Made by a program: the position numbers and the translations under genes. Shown piece after piece: positions 13,097-29,520 of a stretch of 64,000 nt of DNA; position 1 is the stretch's first letter, and each line of letters starts with the position of its first letter. Under the pieces are notes generated by a model. That model had not been told where the DNA came from. It saw only the letters and a list, made by a program, of their open reading frames with translations, and did no database searches. Source of the stretch: Eledone cirrhosa (lineage: Eukaryota); contig OZ024740.1 of the NCBI GenBank assembly GCA_964016885.1, positions 129,208,001-129,272,000 on the forward strand. The letters are read 5' to 3'.

Positions 13097-13304
13097 TTTC
13101 TTTCAAAGAAATTTTTTGATAATAATAAAAGTTAAAATTTTGGGCACAAGGCCCCAATCTTTGTGGGTGTCCTTTTCGGAAAACAATGTATGTGTGCTTA
13201 TAAACAGTTAACAATACAATTTTCCATAAATGACAATTTTTAACAAACGGAAATAACAAACCTTTGCGGAGCTCACGATGATACGATTTACTGCGTAGGT
13301 CGCC

Positions 13305-13379
<75 letters not shown>

Positions 13380-14546
13380 ACGCACGTGGTGGATAGAAGG
13401 TCATGAAATCGCTCCCGTAAGTTTTTGATTTTTAACATATTTAAATCAATTGTGAAATAACAATTCTTAGTACAAATGATACAGCAATTTCACCAACACC
13501 ACAAACTAGAGACACCAGCTATACCATCACTCCTCTGTGTACACTAAATACAACAGCCAGATAACGGCAATTTCACCACCACCACCCCCAATCCCAGCAT
13601 AATAGTTATAATTACTGTTATTATTGTCTCAAGTTTTCACAAAATGTTTAAATCCAATATTAAGAAAATATGTCAACACATATATTAAACATACGCGACT
13701 AACCGCGTAGATTCACCGATCAAACAAAACTACAGTCTATTTAACAAAACTCAGTAACGACAACGCCATCACTATAGTCACCGCCGCCACCACTCCATCC
13801 ATCATTGCTACCACTTACCCATCACCGCCGCCACCACTCCTTCATTGCTACCACCGCTATCCCACATTACCTTCTGTTAACTTACGAAGGGGAAAGATGG
13901 CGGTATCACTAGACAATAATAATAAACAATATTAATATTTAATTTTGGATCAGGAATGTTGAAGTCGAAAATAAGGAAAATGGCAAAATGACTAAATAGC
14001 TAAATAGCTAAAGATAATTTCACCACCAAGACCACCACCACTACCACGCTAAAAACTCTGGTCAAGTTGCCTCAACCTCTCAACCTCTATTTCTACTTCA
14101 ACTTCAACACCATCACTACAGTACTACGAACACATCACCACCACCACTGCCTCATTATCGCTAACGCCGCTATTCTCTCCCACTACCTCCTGCTAGGCAC
14201 TACTAGCACAGTACCACCACCACCACCACCATCACCACCACTGCCTAATTATCACTACCGCCGCTATTCTCTCCCACTTCCTCCTGCTACATCGTAGTGT
14301 CCCCATTAAAAGAGAAAGGCATCAAATTATATAAATAGACTGAATTGATGACCCGGTCAAAATAAAAAAAAACAAAATCAGAATCAAAGCAGCATAGCAA
14401 CAACGAAAAACGTAAAGAATATAAAAATGAAGAGAAGAACAAACAGACGGACAGAGAAGGGAAGGGAAAACTAAGTCAGACATTCAAACATTACATTACA
14501 ATGAAACTTATGCTTATTCATTTTTTTTTGGGGGGGTGGGGGGTGC

Positions 14547-17500
14547 ATGTTTGTTTGTTTATTTATGTTCGTCTACAGCGTGATAATGCCACACATAAAT
14601 CAGTTCGAATACCGTTCGAGTAACGGTGAAGTGGAGACTAGAATGTCATGTGACAGACCCTCACCCAACAGGTGCTCCCTCGCTCAGCAGCAGGGACCTG
14701 GCTGTCAACCAAATACTGCTGGTGTCGGAAGAAGAAGAAGGAGGAAAGGGACCAGAACCAACTGGACGAAAGAATTGAATATAACTGTTATGCAATGTTA
14801 CCTGAAGAGTAACCCCATGGAGAAAAGCAATAGGAAACGGATGCATAGTATCTGGAACGAGATTGGTCTATTTAAATTAGATGAACAAAAATTGGCCGGG
14901 CAGGCTCGGGTAATAAGAACTAATGGGTGGATAAGCGAGCTGGAACTGGAGGAACTGAGCAGGGAGATTAGCTTGGAAATGGGGAGTGGAGTATGCCAGG
15001 CAAATGAGCCAGTGGGAAATGAAGGTGAAGAGGTCGAGAGAACGGAGGAACCATCCGAAGCAGACAATAATCTGAATGCTGAAATAAATAATACCTGGAA
15101 CAGAGCTACGGCCACTGGGGAGATGAATGCTGACGGGCTAGGACAAGATTTAGTTGATATCCTAAACTTAGTGGTAGATGAATTGAACAATGATAGTAGG
15201 AAACGTATGAACCTAAGATTTGTAGACAGGAAACAGTTAAATGAACAACAGCTAAGGTAAACAATGTCATCCCATACTTTGAGGCGAGGAGCCTTCACCA
15301 GTGCAACAATATCCTCAAAGCAACAGCAAATACGGTGAGGAAATTAATTGGTATAAAAGCGAGAGGAAACAACAATCAAGAAAGATCAGGAAGAAATGAC
15401 TGAGTGGTCAAATCAGGGAAATGAGAAATGACATTGGAAAGCTTGCGTCGCTACTGAATGGGACACTACAAAACATAGGCACTAAAAATAGACTGGAAAT
15501 AAAGTATAATACTAGGAGAAAAATCTAAATATTATCAGAGAGGAACTGAAGCAACCCATTGTAGAAAACCGTGCAAATATTTGGCGATACGAGAGCAGAG
15601 TCAGTCAGTATAGACAGAACCGCATGTTTGACAAAACCAGAAGATGCTGTTTGGACAGCTTGAAGGGAAAGAAAGAGGCGACGACTTGATCCCTGAGGCG
15701 GAACAAATTAAAACATTCTGGAGAGGAATATGGGAGCAGGATGTTAAACATAATGACCAGGCAGTGTGGATTGAGACAGTACAGAAGGAGATTAGTGAAC
15801 AGACACACCAACAAACAGATTTGAGTGTCACAGTTGAAACTCTTAAGGGGCAGGCCAAAAACCTAACCAACTGGAAATCACCAGACCCAGATGGTGTGCA
15901 GGGGTATTGGATTAAAAATATAACATCCCTCCACCCGAAACTGACAACCATGTTCAATGACTGCTTGATGTCAGGTGAGGTACCAGAGTGGTTGACAAAG
16001 GTACCACAGTTCTGATAATGAAAGACCGAATCAAGGGAAATGATGTTACCAACTATAGACCTATCACATGTCTGTCCATAATGTGGAAACTGTTGACAAG
16101 CATTATGTCTGAGGATATCTACCATCACCTCCACACAAACAACTTGTTACCGGACGAACAGAAAGGATGCCGAAAGAAGTCCCGTGGTACAAAGGACCAG
16201 TTACTTATTGATAAGATGGTAATGAGGAATTGCAAGAGGAGACACACTGGTCTTGCCATGGGATGGATAGACTACAAAAAGGCATTTGACATGTTGGATC
16301 ACCAAAAGCCTAGAGATCTTCCAGTGGCAGATAACATCAGACAGTTGTTGGGCAAAAGTATGAAGTCCTGGGAAACAGAGTTAACATCAGCTGGAGAATC
16401 CTTGGGAAGCGTGAAGATCAAGGGAGGTATCTCCCAGGGAGATAGTCTGTCCCCTCTGTTGTTGGTCCTTGCCCTGATGCCCCTGACCAGTGTACTGCGA
16501 AAAGTGAGAGCAGGATACAGGTTGGGAAAGGGAGGGCTTACCATCAATCACCTACTCTTCATGGACGATCTTAAGCTCTTCGGGAAGAGTGAGAAGGAGT
16601 TGGATGTGCTTGTTGACACTCTCCGTATTTTCAGCAATGATATATGTATGCAATTTGGTATTAGTAAGTGTGGAGTCCTTGTGATGAAGAGGGGTAAATT
16701 GAGCAGAAGTAACGGAATCCAGGTACCAACAGGTGAGATGATAAAGGAAATTGACACTGAAGAAAGATACAAGTATTTGGGTGTTCTGGAGGCTGATGAC
16801 ATCAAGAACACAAAAATGAAGGTATTGATAAGAACTGAATACATTCGGAGAGTAAGGGGCGTATTGAAGTCACATCTGAACAGTAGGAATGCCATAAGTG
16901 CAGTAAATTCCCGAGCTGTGTCTATTATTAGGTACAGTGCGGGAATTTTGAGATGGAATGTTGCTGAACAAAAGAAATGGATAGGAAGACTAGGAAGCTA
17001 TGACTATCTACAACATGTTCCACAAGAGGAGTGATGTCGATAGACTCTACTTAAGGAGATCTGAAGGTGGAAGAGGTCTTATCAGCATAGAAGACTGTGT
17101 TCAGATGGAGAAAAACAACCTACACAAATACGTGACTGATAGTAAGGAGCCAATGTTCAGAACTGTACTGAAGGAGAGGACAATAGACCAGGGGATGTCC
17201 AGGGAGGAAATAACAACAAGGAGGAACAGCAGCCTTCATGAAAAATCCCTTCATAGTACCTTCTTTGAGAAAACTGAATTCAGAGATCCACAGACATGGA
17301 AATGGTTGAAAAGAGGAGACCTTAAAAAGGTTACAGAAGGAATGTTAATGGCTGCGCAAGAGCAGGCCCTCAAAACGAAGTGGTTGAAAAACCATATTTA
17401 CAAGGAGGAGGCCAGCCCACAGTGCAGGATCTGTGGAGAGAGAGAGGAGACTGTGGCTCACATTGTATCCGAGTGTAAACACCTAGCCCAGACTCACTAT

Positions 17501-18070
17501 AAGGGCTAGTAACATGATGTGATGGGCAGGGTGATCCACTGGCACCTATGCAAAGTAAACAATTTACCACATTCTGAGAAGTGGTATGAGCATAAGCCAG
17601 AGTCGGTGATAGAAAACGATCAGGTGAAGGTGCTGTGGGATTTTAGGATACAGACGGACAAGAAACTGGAACAGAATAGACCTGACCTGGTGGTTGTGGA
17701 CAAAGAAAAAAGATCGTGCCTGATTGTGGGTGTCACCTGCCCATTCGACACGAGAGTGCAAGAGAAGGAGAGGGAGAACATTAACCGAAACCAGGACTTA
17801 AAGTGGGAGTTAAAAAGGATTTGGAACCCGCCATGAAGTCAAAGTGGTCCCGATTGTCATAGGCGCACTAGGTACTATGTCAAAAAGTTTCCAGGGATGG
17901 TTAAAGAAAATTGGCCACGCCACGCTTTTTGGAACGCTTCAAAAAGCATGCATGCTGGGAACAGCAAGAACCCTCCGATACGTCCTGAATATCTGAGGCT
18001 GCAGGTAGTGGCTTGATATTCATTTCAACAAACTTTCCAGTTAACTAACATCAATGACTGCCACTCAAAA
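14547..18070 (+). mobile_element. Dong/R4-clade non-LTR retrotransposon (RT + CCHC + restriction-like endonuclease), frameshifted
   Basis: RTNWTKELN N-terminal motif, [56 protein letters not shown] and RPDLVVVD. A short 3' UTR is followed by AAT repeats. Confidence 0.9.
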
Positions 18071-18094
18071 ATAACAATAATTATTATTATTAGA

Positions 18095-18505
18095 ATTTTA
18101 GGATACAGACGGACAAGAAACTGGTGGTTTTGGACAAAGGAAAAAGATCGTGCTTATTGTGGATGTACCTGCCCATTCGACACGAGAGTACGAGAGAAAG
18201 AGAGGGAATAAATTAACAGATACCAGGACTTAAAGTGGGAGGTAAAAAGGATGTGGAACTGCCATGAAGTCAAAGTGGTGCCGATTGCCATAGGCGCATT
18301 AGGTACTACCTCAAATTGTTTCCAAGGATGGTTAAAGTAAATTGGTCCCGCCCCGCTTTTTGGAACACTTCAAAAGGCATGCTTGCTGGGTACAGCAAAA
18401 GCCCTCCGATACGTCCTGAATATCTGAGGCTGCAGGTAGTCGCTTGATATTCATTTCAACAAACTCTCCAGTTAAATAACATAAATGACTGAGACTCAAA
18501 GAACA
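18095..18505 (+). mobile_element. 5'-truncated second copy of the Dong/R4 3' end
   Basis: Direct, diverged repeat of 17640-18070, followed by (AAT)n. Confidence 0.9.
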
Positions 18506-18519
18506 ATAATAATAATAAT

Positions 18520-18608
18520 TGTTTCTACTTTTGGCACAAGGCCAGCAATTACCCAGTGTATTACTGGTACTTTATTTTATCGACCCCGTAAGGAAGAAAG
18601 GCAAAGTA
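18520..18608 (-). mobile_element. SINE 3' fragment
   Basis: tgtttctacttttggcacaaggccagcaatt...cgaccccgtaagga matches the family. Confidence 0.75.
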
Positions 18609-18624
18609 ATAAGAATAATAATAA

Positions 18625-19212
18625 TTCTGAGAAAAGACCTGAGCCGAAGAAAAAAATTGATAATATACATGCCCCATGGATAGAAAGACAAATGAAAGAT
18701 ACCGCTCACTTTGAGGAACAAACATGGGAATATATAATAGTTGAACATTTGCGTTTAGCTCTTAGAAAATCCAGTAAATGTAAATACCCAGAGAAAGACA
18801 AAATACCAAATTTTTGGATAATTGCCTTCACAGAGTTTAATCAGCTGTTAGCCCAACTTTACAATAAAATAGTTTAGGAGCCAGAAAGGATACCACCATG
18901 GCTAGTTAACGGCATTACATTCCTACTTCCGAAGAATGATGAAACAAATAATCCCCAAAACTACAGACCGATAACTTGCTTAACCACAATGTATAAAATG
19001 TTAACATCAGTCCTAACTGAATATACATATGATCACCTAATAAAAAATGATCTATTCCCAATGAACAGAAAGGGTGTAAACGAGGCTCATATGGCTGTAA
19101 GGATCAGCTTTTGGTTAACAGAATGATACTGGAAGATTGTCATAATAGACAGAAAAATCTATCAATTGCATGGATAGATTGTAAAAAAAAGCATTCGATA
19201 GTTTGCCACACG
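18625..19212 (+). mobile_element. Internal RT fragment of another Dong/R4 subfamily
   Basis: Reads [41 protein letters not shown] and AFDSLPH across frames. Confidence 0.75.
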
Positions 19213-19678
19213 TTCGCCCCGCCTGCTCGTTAATGCCCGCCCTCCGCCTCAGCTGGCAGAGGGCGGTGAGCGCCTGGAGACATCCCAGTTTCCAAGCGCT
19301 ATCCCTCGGTCTTTTCCTGACCCAGGACTGCAGTTCCGTCAAGCAGACGAGCTGTGGGAAAACGTGCCTGGCGAACGGCGACGCCACCTGTTCACCGTCA
19401 AGGAAGCACCAGAGATCTCGCAGCCTCAGCGCGTGTTTGCTCATCATCAGCCATGGCATGCTCAGTCCTCCACGCAACGGGTGTTGACAGCAGATGGATC
19501 GTCTGACCATGGGAGCGCGTCCCTTCCACAAAAAGCGGAAGAGTAGGCGCTCCATGTTGGTGAGAGTTGGGCCGGGGCAAGGGACGACGGTGAGGCGGTA
19601 GCAGATGACGGACGCGATGTACGCATTCGCCACCTCCGCCCGGCCTTTCAGGGACAGCATCCTCTCGGCCCATTTCCG
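19213..19678 (-). mobile_element. Tx1 ORF2 internal fragment
   Basis: LSLKGRAEVANAYIASVICYRLTVVPCP...; homologous to 8320-8737. Confidence 0.88.
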
Positions 19679-20878
19679 TTTATATTCGTTTCAGCATCGA
19701 GATACCGTAAAACATAGTATGGCTCATTGGAGGCTATAGTAGTGTACTTAGTTAAGCAGTGTTAAGTACTTAGTTAACAGATGTGCACTAACAATTTGAC
19801 ACATTGTTCTATTATTTCCATAAATAAGCGCTTTCAGGTCTGAATGCAGCATTATGCAGATACGAAAATACGAAGGCAAGATATATAATATACAAGACCT
19901 CAAAGTATTCGGAGCAGCTAAATATAATTATATCAACAAAAATAACAGGATCTGCACTATATACGCATTAGTACAACAACGAGACAACTAATGCATAGAA
20001 ATATTACAGCCGCAATGAAACTAATATATGTAGGTATATTTACGGCACATAATATTTAGCAACAAAAGTCTGGGATGTTTACAACAATGAAACGAATTGG
20101 TATACAACATGTGCAATACATAGGCTTTGAACAATAATATACTATATGAATGATTCATTGTCGTGGTCTCAAGTATAAGTGGACATTGATGTTACAATGG
20201 TAACCAAACCTATGTATCTTCATTTACAGTTAATGTGTAAGAAACTATGCTGGGAAATTAATTGGCGTTTTTATATAAGCCACAGGATATCATTTAGGAT
20301 TGTCTTATTGCTTTCGACAGAACGAACTCAAATATTGTGTTGCACGAGAAAGGAAACTACGTGAACAGTGGTAATATTGACTATACGTGTTCAAATGGCA
20401 CGTTCAGAGACCTTTGTCTGTTTAAATAGTGAAGATATAAGCTAAACAAAAACAAATATGCAGATGACAACGAGGACAGAATCAGTTGCACTAACATCAA
20501 TAATGGTAGCAATGCCAAAATAATATACACAAAAGAAACGACAATAAATGTTATATCAATATAGCTACAAAAAGTGTTATTAAACATATATTGTTGTATA
20601 AAAAAAATATATAGTTCAGTCATGTTCACTGGTTAACATGAGAGGAGTGAGCAAAGAATATTTAAATGAACAAGTTAGCATCATTAAATAACCGAATTGT
20701 CTTAGACACGACTAATTAACGACATACTAATAAAGCAATATAGTCATTTCTAGAGAATATTACACCTGTGTCACAAACACTTTTATATATTTTTTCAATT
20801 GCTTGTTAGGTGATTCGTTTATTATTGTTGTTGTTGCTGCTGTACTTATCTTTCTTTGTTTTTTTCTCCTCCTCGTTT

Positions 20879-20943
<65 letters not shown>

Positions 20944-21314
20944 CGTTATTATCATTATTATTATTATTATTATTAATTATATATCTGTTTGTCTTTGTTT
21001 CAATTCTCTATTATTAATGTGTTCAATATTTATTGTAACACCCCGGGAAAATACAAATGAAAAATACAAAACAATCTATTCTTTAGAAATTCATCCATTT
21101 TGATACAGTGCCAGTTGCACACGAATGAATACACGCATACACACACACACGCACAAACACGCACACACACACACACATACACCCACACACACAGCCACAC
21201 TCTGGCACACAAACACACACACACGCATTTCTCTCTGTCTCTACCACACTCTCTTTCTCTCTCTCTGTATATATATACCCACACACAAACACACACATAT
21301 ATATATATATATGC

Positions 21315-21345
<31 letters not shown>

Positions 21346-21385
21346 CACACACATATATATATATATACATACATACATACATACA

Positions 21386-21443
<58 letters not shown>

Positions 21444-21910
21444 CCGGTTCTATCTTTTGCCATTTCTCCAGTTGTCCTTTACTGCGTGAAATTCTTTTTT
21501 ATATTTCATAGTTGCTAACTCACACTCATTCAGTAACTTATATTTACATATGTATATACACACCTCTACGTTATTCCTTTTATCATTTCATTTATTCTTT
21601 CGATCTAAAAGAATTAGCATTATTATTGCTTTTCATAAGCTTCAGAATATTTATAACTATGTTTGGAAAGCATGAAAGTAAGCCAAATTTTTTTCTCACT
21701 ATCTTTCTCTCTTCTTTCTTTCTATATCTATCAGTTTGTCTATCGATCATGCTCTTTCGTTGTCTCACCATATAGATATATACATTTTTATCCGTGTCGG
21801 TATTTCTACATGCGAACATACAGACATGCACACATAAATATACATACATATATAAATATGTATGAATATATGTATGCCTGCATGTATTTATATGTATATA
21901 TAAGTGTGTG

Positions 21911-22350
<440 letters not shown>

Positions 22351-23385
22351 AGTATATACATATATACATACATGTATTTACACACACATTTATATATGTG
22401 CTTGTGTTTGTGTGTTACTATTTCTACGTGTCTGTACAACTGAATGTCTGTATGCCCATATGTATGATTGAATGTGTCTGTGCATGTGTGATAAGGAATA
22501 TTGGTTACGTTTCTTTTAGAGTTGAATCATTGCATATACATTGCTTCCAAGAATCGGAATGTCAGATAATTTTATCTATCTTTGGAATTATTCCAGTATT
22601 ATAAAAAAAATAAATATAAAAAAATGAAGGCTTCATGAAATTGATTTGCCTTCCGAACCAAACGGGAAAAAATGCGATCATGGCGTTGCTTAATATAATG
22701 ATGATGATTTGTTTTTTTTTATTTTTTTATTTTTGGTTTGGTGATAGACTTGCTGTAAGTTATGACTTAACGGTAAGGGCTAAAATGATACAAAATAAAT
22801 AAGACAAGGTAGAGGAAATTAAAGAAAGTTAAGTGAATAGATCATTTTGTTTATCCAATGTTATGATATAGTTTGTAGCATGTCAACCAAAGGCGAAATA
22901 CGAGGGTGTCTCTAATCTACTTAAAGTATCACGTTTATTTATGGATATTAGTAAACTGTTGCTAGAGAATAATATGGCATGCAGGCCTGTAGAGAATATT
23001 CTGATATTAGATGAACTATATGGAAATATTTCTTCACCCCACCTCACGCACACGCACACACTTACACACACTCACACACTCTCTCTCTCTCTCACACACA
23101 CGCACACATATATATCACATTGTTTTCTTTTTTGTATCTATTTGTATGTGTCTCATAAATATACACGAAAATGTATTTCCTGTGGAATTCGTTTAATTAG
23201 ATAATTCTTTATGAAAAGGATATAGAACTCATTTCTGAACTCAATAAAATTTGTGGTGTTTTATATTTGATTGCCCGATATTATAGCATTTATAACACCT
23301 GGAAATATAGGTGTCACATTCATTCTAAATCAGACATTATTGTTTTAAATGACCGACAAAATTGTTAATGTCATACAGTGCGCAG

Positions 23386-23462
23386 ATTTTAATATGACTA
23401 GAAAAGGAATCTAAATGTCCATGGATTTTAATATGACTAGAAAAGGAAACAAACTGTCCATG
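23386..23462. repeat. Two-unit ~39-bp tandem duplication
   Basis: gattttaatatgactagaaaaggaa...tgtccatg occurs twice. Confidence 0.85.
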
Positions 23463-23759
23463 GCAACAACAAAACTAGAACAACAACATCAGACTCATGT
23501 CATTAAATGCAATTTCAGAAATTTGGGAAACACACAAAAATTGTAAAGCGATTATTTCATTAAATATTTGTTTCAAGCTATATTGTCCTCTATCCTACTT
23601 CGTAAATATAAATGATATATTTTACACAGAATATAATAAAATACGACATTCAGAGGCAAGAAGTTTGTATATCAGACACAAACACACACAAACACACACA
23701 AGCACCTACACAAGCACACAAACGCACGCGCACACACACACACACACACACGCACACAC

Positions 23760-23849
<90 letters not shown>

Positions 23850-23857
23850 TTACGCAC

Positions 23858-23888
<31 letters not shown>

Positions 23889-23897
23889 CGCACACAG

Positions 23898-23944
<47 letters not shown>

Positions 23945-23988
23945 TGTGTGTGTCTGTGGTCTTGTGTGTCTGCGTCAATATCCGTATA

Positions 23989-24039
<51 letters not shown>

Positions 24040-25953
24040 AGAGGATAATACTAGATGCGTTCGAGGGCTTTAATGACAGTACATACTAAATTTCTCTAAG
24101 GTGATAGAACCTACGAATACATGAAATATAAGGTTAGAGGTTCCCCCAGATATAGCTTAACGAAACCCGTATCGTTGGTCATTAATGATTGAGAGGTATT
24201 CGAATTTGTGAAAATGTTGACACCTTTACGATAGGAATTTAGTTCACGCGATTATAGGTTTTAACCTTTTTGGAAATGTAGCACCATGTAGTCTGGATAC
24301 GAATATCTGGATATGTAACAAAACGGAGAGAGATAGAGGGGCAGAGAAAGAGAGTGATACGATGAACGAGTGATACAGAGAGGGAAAGATAGAATGAACG
24401 TGTAGGATAGAGAGAAGGGGGATTTTTTAACTGTAATTACAAGGAACGGTGGCTTTGATAATTTTTGAAGTGATGAAAATTGGCGTGTTAATACATGGTT
24501 CAGCATCCGGTGGATTGTAACGGAGTAGTTCTTAAAATAATATATTTCATTGTAATTTGAGGTATGCCTGCAAGCTGGATGCAAATGTCGGTGCTTGCTC
24601 TTTAAAAGTACTGCTTATAAATAAATATGTTTGAGACTCAGAAAAGTAAAATTCCGTATATTGGGTAGACATCGTTTTTGGCAATGGAACAAACGTCGTC
24701 TGTAGTATATGAGACCAGTAAATGCATCATTTCTGTTTCGTAAGATGAACTTGTAGGAGTTTAAACGTTGGATAAAAGCAATGTTTAGGCATGTGTGATT
24801 GTGTTATGAACAACACGGCTGTGAATGTAACAAGAATGAACCAGTGACTATGACATGTGTGTGTGGAGTTGCTGATAGAGACACTTAGCAGGAAATTTGC
24901 GTAATTGTAATCATTCAAAATATTTTGTAATTAGTAAGCAGTGATTCTATCACAGTCAAAACAATTTGGATTTGGGATCTTGTTTGTCACTCATACGACA
25001 TTATAAATGTTACTCTTCCATATATAGAGAAAAAAAAAAACATGTATGTCCTTCGTGGCATAATAACAACATTTAAAGTGCATGGAATTAAATAGTTGAT
25101 TTTTCGAATAAGCTGAATTCTAATACGCTCAAATTCAATAACTTTCTGACCAAATCAATGTTATCCTATTTCCAAACATTGTGTCTGTATAATTTTATGT
25201 ATCCACCGAAGTGTTTTTATTAATAGTTTGGATATGGTCTGAGGGAAAGTTGACTGCTATTTCTAGTAGACGAAGTGTTTACCTAGAGATCCCTTACTTC
25301 TCTCCAGTAAATTATTCAGATCATAAATCATTGTTTAATTCTTTACAATGAAAAATATAGATATGTCGAATATATGTGTATACCCAAAATAAATATTCGT
25401 TATGTTTATTTATGCGTACATTTTCATAGTGTCTAGTAATATATTTTTAGCAGCAAAAACAATGCAGGCCTAATATATATACAAGTAAAATGAATTATAG
25501 AGAAACTGATCTTAGAACACAGACTACATTAACAAATCGTTTTTATATATTCTAAAAACTATACATATCATATAATGAGATACAAACGCATACATATTCT
25601 AAGGCAAGAAACTTCAACAATTATTAATAATTTATTATTTTTCAGTGTGCTGCTCAAAAAAGGATTTAATTGTGCAGACATATAAGTCATTATTACCAAT
25701 ACCACTTCATTTTTCTCTATGCGTAGTGTTGTTGGTTATAACAAATATGTTCTTCATTAGCTAGTAGCATTCATTTTGCCGGTAGGATTTGAACCTTCAT
25801 TAGAAAATAACATATGGCTCAAAAGTAGATGTATCATATTTATAAAGTATACGGTGGTGGATTAGCATTATTGCTAGAGTGTCGGTAAACATGCTATGAT
25901 GTATATGGTTGCATCCATTATTGTCGCCGATATTATGCCTGTAATGTATGGCT

Positions 25954-26052
25954 GTTGATAGAGGACTAAAGAATAACAGCACCATTAAGTACATCAATGC
26001 GTAGTTAATAGAGGACTAAAGATTAACAGCACCATTAAGTACATCAATGCGT
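25954..26052. repeat. Two-unit 50-bp tandem duplication
   Basis: atagaggactaaaga(a/t)taacagcaccattaagtacatcaatgcgt occurs twice. Confidence 0.9.
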
Positions 26053-27070
26053 GTAAAATTATTAGACAGATGCAAAATATTTAGTATTTACAAGAAATAT
26101 TGATATAAAGAATTCCTCCAAATTAATATTGTTACACTGAGCAGTAGAGAAATAGAGTGAGAGTAAGAATTAAAAAATGAAATTGTATGGAAAAGGAATC
26201 TCAAAGAAAAAAATAAAGAAAAATATGCAGTAATGACAGATTGCTTCCTAAGCATGGAAACAGAATCCATGAAATTAATTCATAACGTCTTGGAATTATT
26301 TGCCCATTACTTTGCAACGTTTAACACTTAGTCTAAATATTGACTGTCAGCTTATTTAGAAATTATCGAATACACCATTCAATAGCGAAGTCTCATATTC
26401 ATTATCTAAGTTCATGTCCTTATTTTATTTAAGGAATTTCAGTTGGCTTCATTTAAATTTCTGAATATCAAATAGTATGTTTCACAAATATCAACGATGA
26501 CAATATTATGTAGTCATTTGAAATGATAATGCTACGAGATACACATATAATATATCAAGAAGGATATTCGTTAGAAATATCTTATTAATTATCTGGAAGA
26601 TATAATATTCAGAGATGATAATTATAGTCCATATATGGATATAAACAAATACATATTTATAAAATATTTCTGAGGGTTATCCATTATCAATTAAATATCA
26701 AATACATATCTATTTTAATACATATATTTTCTAAAGAGAGAAGCAGAAAAAAGAATCATGTTTGATTGAATATTTACTTTTGCCACCTCTGATGCTATTT
26801 GCGAAAACTTGACGAAATCCAATAGACAATTAAGCTAAAGTTATTAAATGCTTAAATAAAGAGATTTTATTTCCAAACTGATACTTTCCAGTTTTCACAT
26901 TTAAATTAATAAAAAAAAAAAGAAACATACGTACAAACCAACATGAAAATTGCATTCCATAAAGAAAATGAAATATATTTTGGTCGAGAGCGAAATTAAA
27001 AATTTATATTAGTACAGTGGAAATTGAGGAAAGGACAATAAAAACAACACCCACACACGCTCACAATCTG

Positions 27071-27140
<70 letters not shown>

Positions 27141-27279
27141 GAGAGAGAAGAGAGAGAGAGTTATATAAATGGATAGATAGATGGGATTCATTGTGTATGC
27201 ATACACATTTACACCTTCCAACGCCCAAATGTTCTGTACACATATGTACACAAACATACACATACATACAACCCCATCC

Positions 27280-27358
<79 letters not shown>

Positions 27359-28210
27359 GGAATGTTAGATAGATAGCGAAAGAGAGAGAGAATACAAGCA
27401 TCCCGTCTTCTATGTTCCTTCTATACAGAGAGTCAACAGATAAAATTACCATTTATTTTATTGGTATCTCGAAGTGTTGAAAGTTTGCATGGATTTGAGG
27501 TGAACATTATTAATTAATGTTTTCCTCTCCGCGCTTGACCGTGTGGTAATTTCGACAACATATTCAACACAGCAGGTACACTTATTATTGCTATGTATAC
27601 ACATTTTACCGATTTGACACATTTGACATTTCTCAATTATTGAGGACGAATAAGAGTCACAATAAATGTCTGCTGAATGAGATTATATTGCTGTGAAATA
27701 ACGATGAATAGACAGTGCAAAGGTTTTCTGCAAAGTAAATGTAAAACATTAATGATTATAATTAATTCTATCTACAACGAATAATAAATTTGGTCGAAGC
27801 CACGGCAGAAACACGGCTAAGTGTTATGTTACTTCCGGTTAAGGGGACATCCTTCCAACAAGTTCGATTACACCCTTCAATGTATGACATAAGATATATA
27901 ATACGAGATCAAGGAGAAACTCTTTGCTGTATCCATAAGGCTCATTCGATAGAGTTAGATTAAACAACAAAATAATGATATAGAATAGACTCAGATAGGG
28001 ATAGAGAGTGAGAGATAAAGAAAAGGAGCTAGATAAATAGAAACATAAACAGATCAGCGAGTAGCAGTCGGAAAGAGGAATGGGAATGTACATTGAAAGT
28101 AAGCGAAGACATTTTAGATCTAATCTCAGAAAAAAACAAAATAGAATCATATTGCCCATCAGCAATTACTTAAACCATTTTATCTATAATCATACACAAA
28201 TGTCACATAT

Positions 28211-29520
<1,310 letters not shown>

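Larger units (their letters stand above)
7392..13304 (-). mobile_element. Near-full-length Tx1-type (L1 clade) LINE inserted in (TTA)n
   Basis: ORF1 with CCHC knuckle, ORF2 APE-RT-zinc finger, 3' end AATAAA...tagaaagta. (AAT)n on both flanks (7354-7391, 13305-13350). Confidence 0.92.

Noticed and set aside
13137-13153. Tx1 5' UTR matches the SINE tail (ggccttgtgcc(c)aaaa)
   Set aside because: Only ~15 bp and at the wrong end for a SINE-LINE partner relationship; may be chance.
13480-14300. ACC/CCA-rich region with Pro/His-rich ORF 14067-14297
   Set aside because: Low-complexity degenerate trinucleotide repeats with no domain evidence.
20321-20370. Possible 50-nt plus-strand exon (ttcgacag|aacg...cagtg|gtaata)
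   Set aside because: Splice-like signals are common in AT-rich DNA, and no recognisable protein or partner exons were found.
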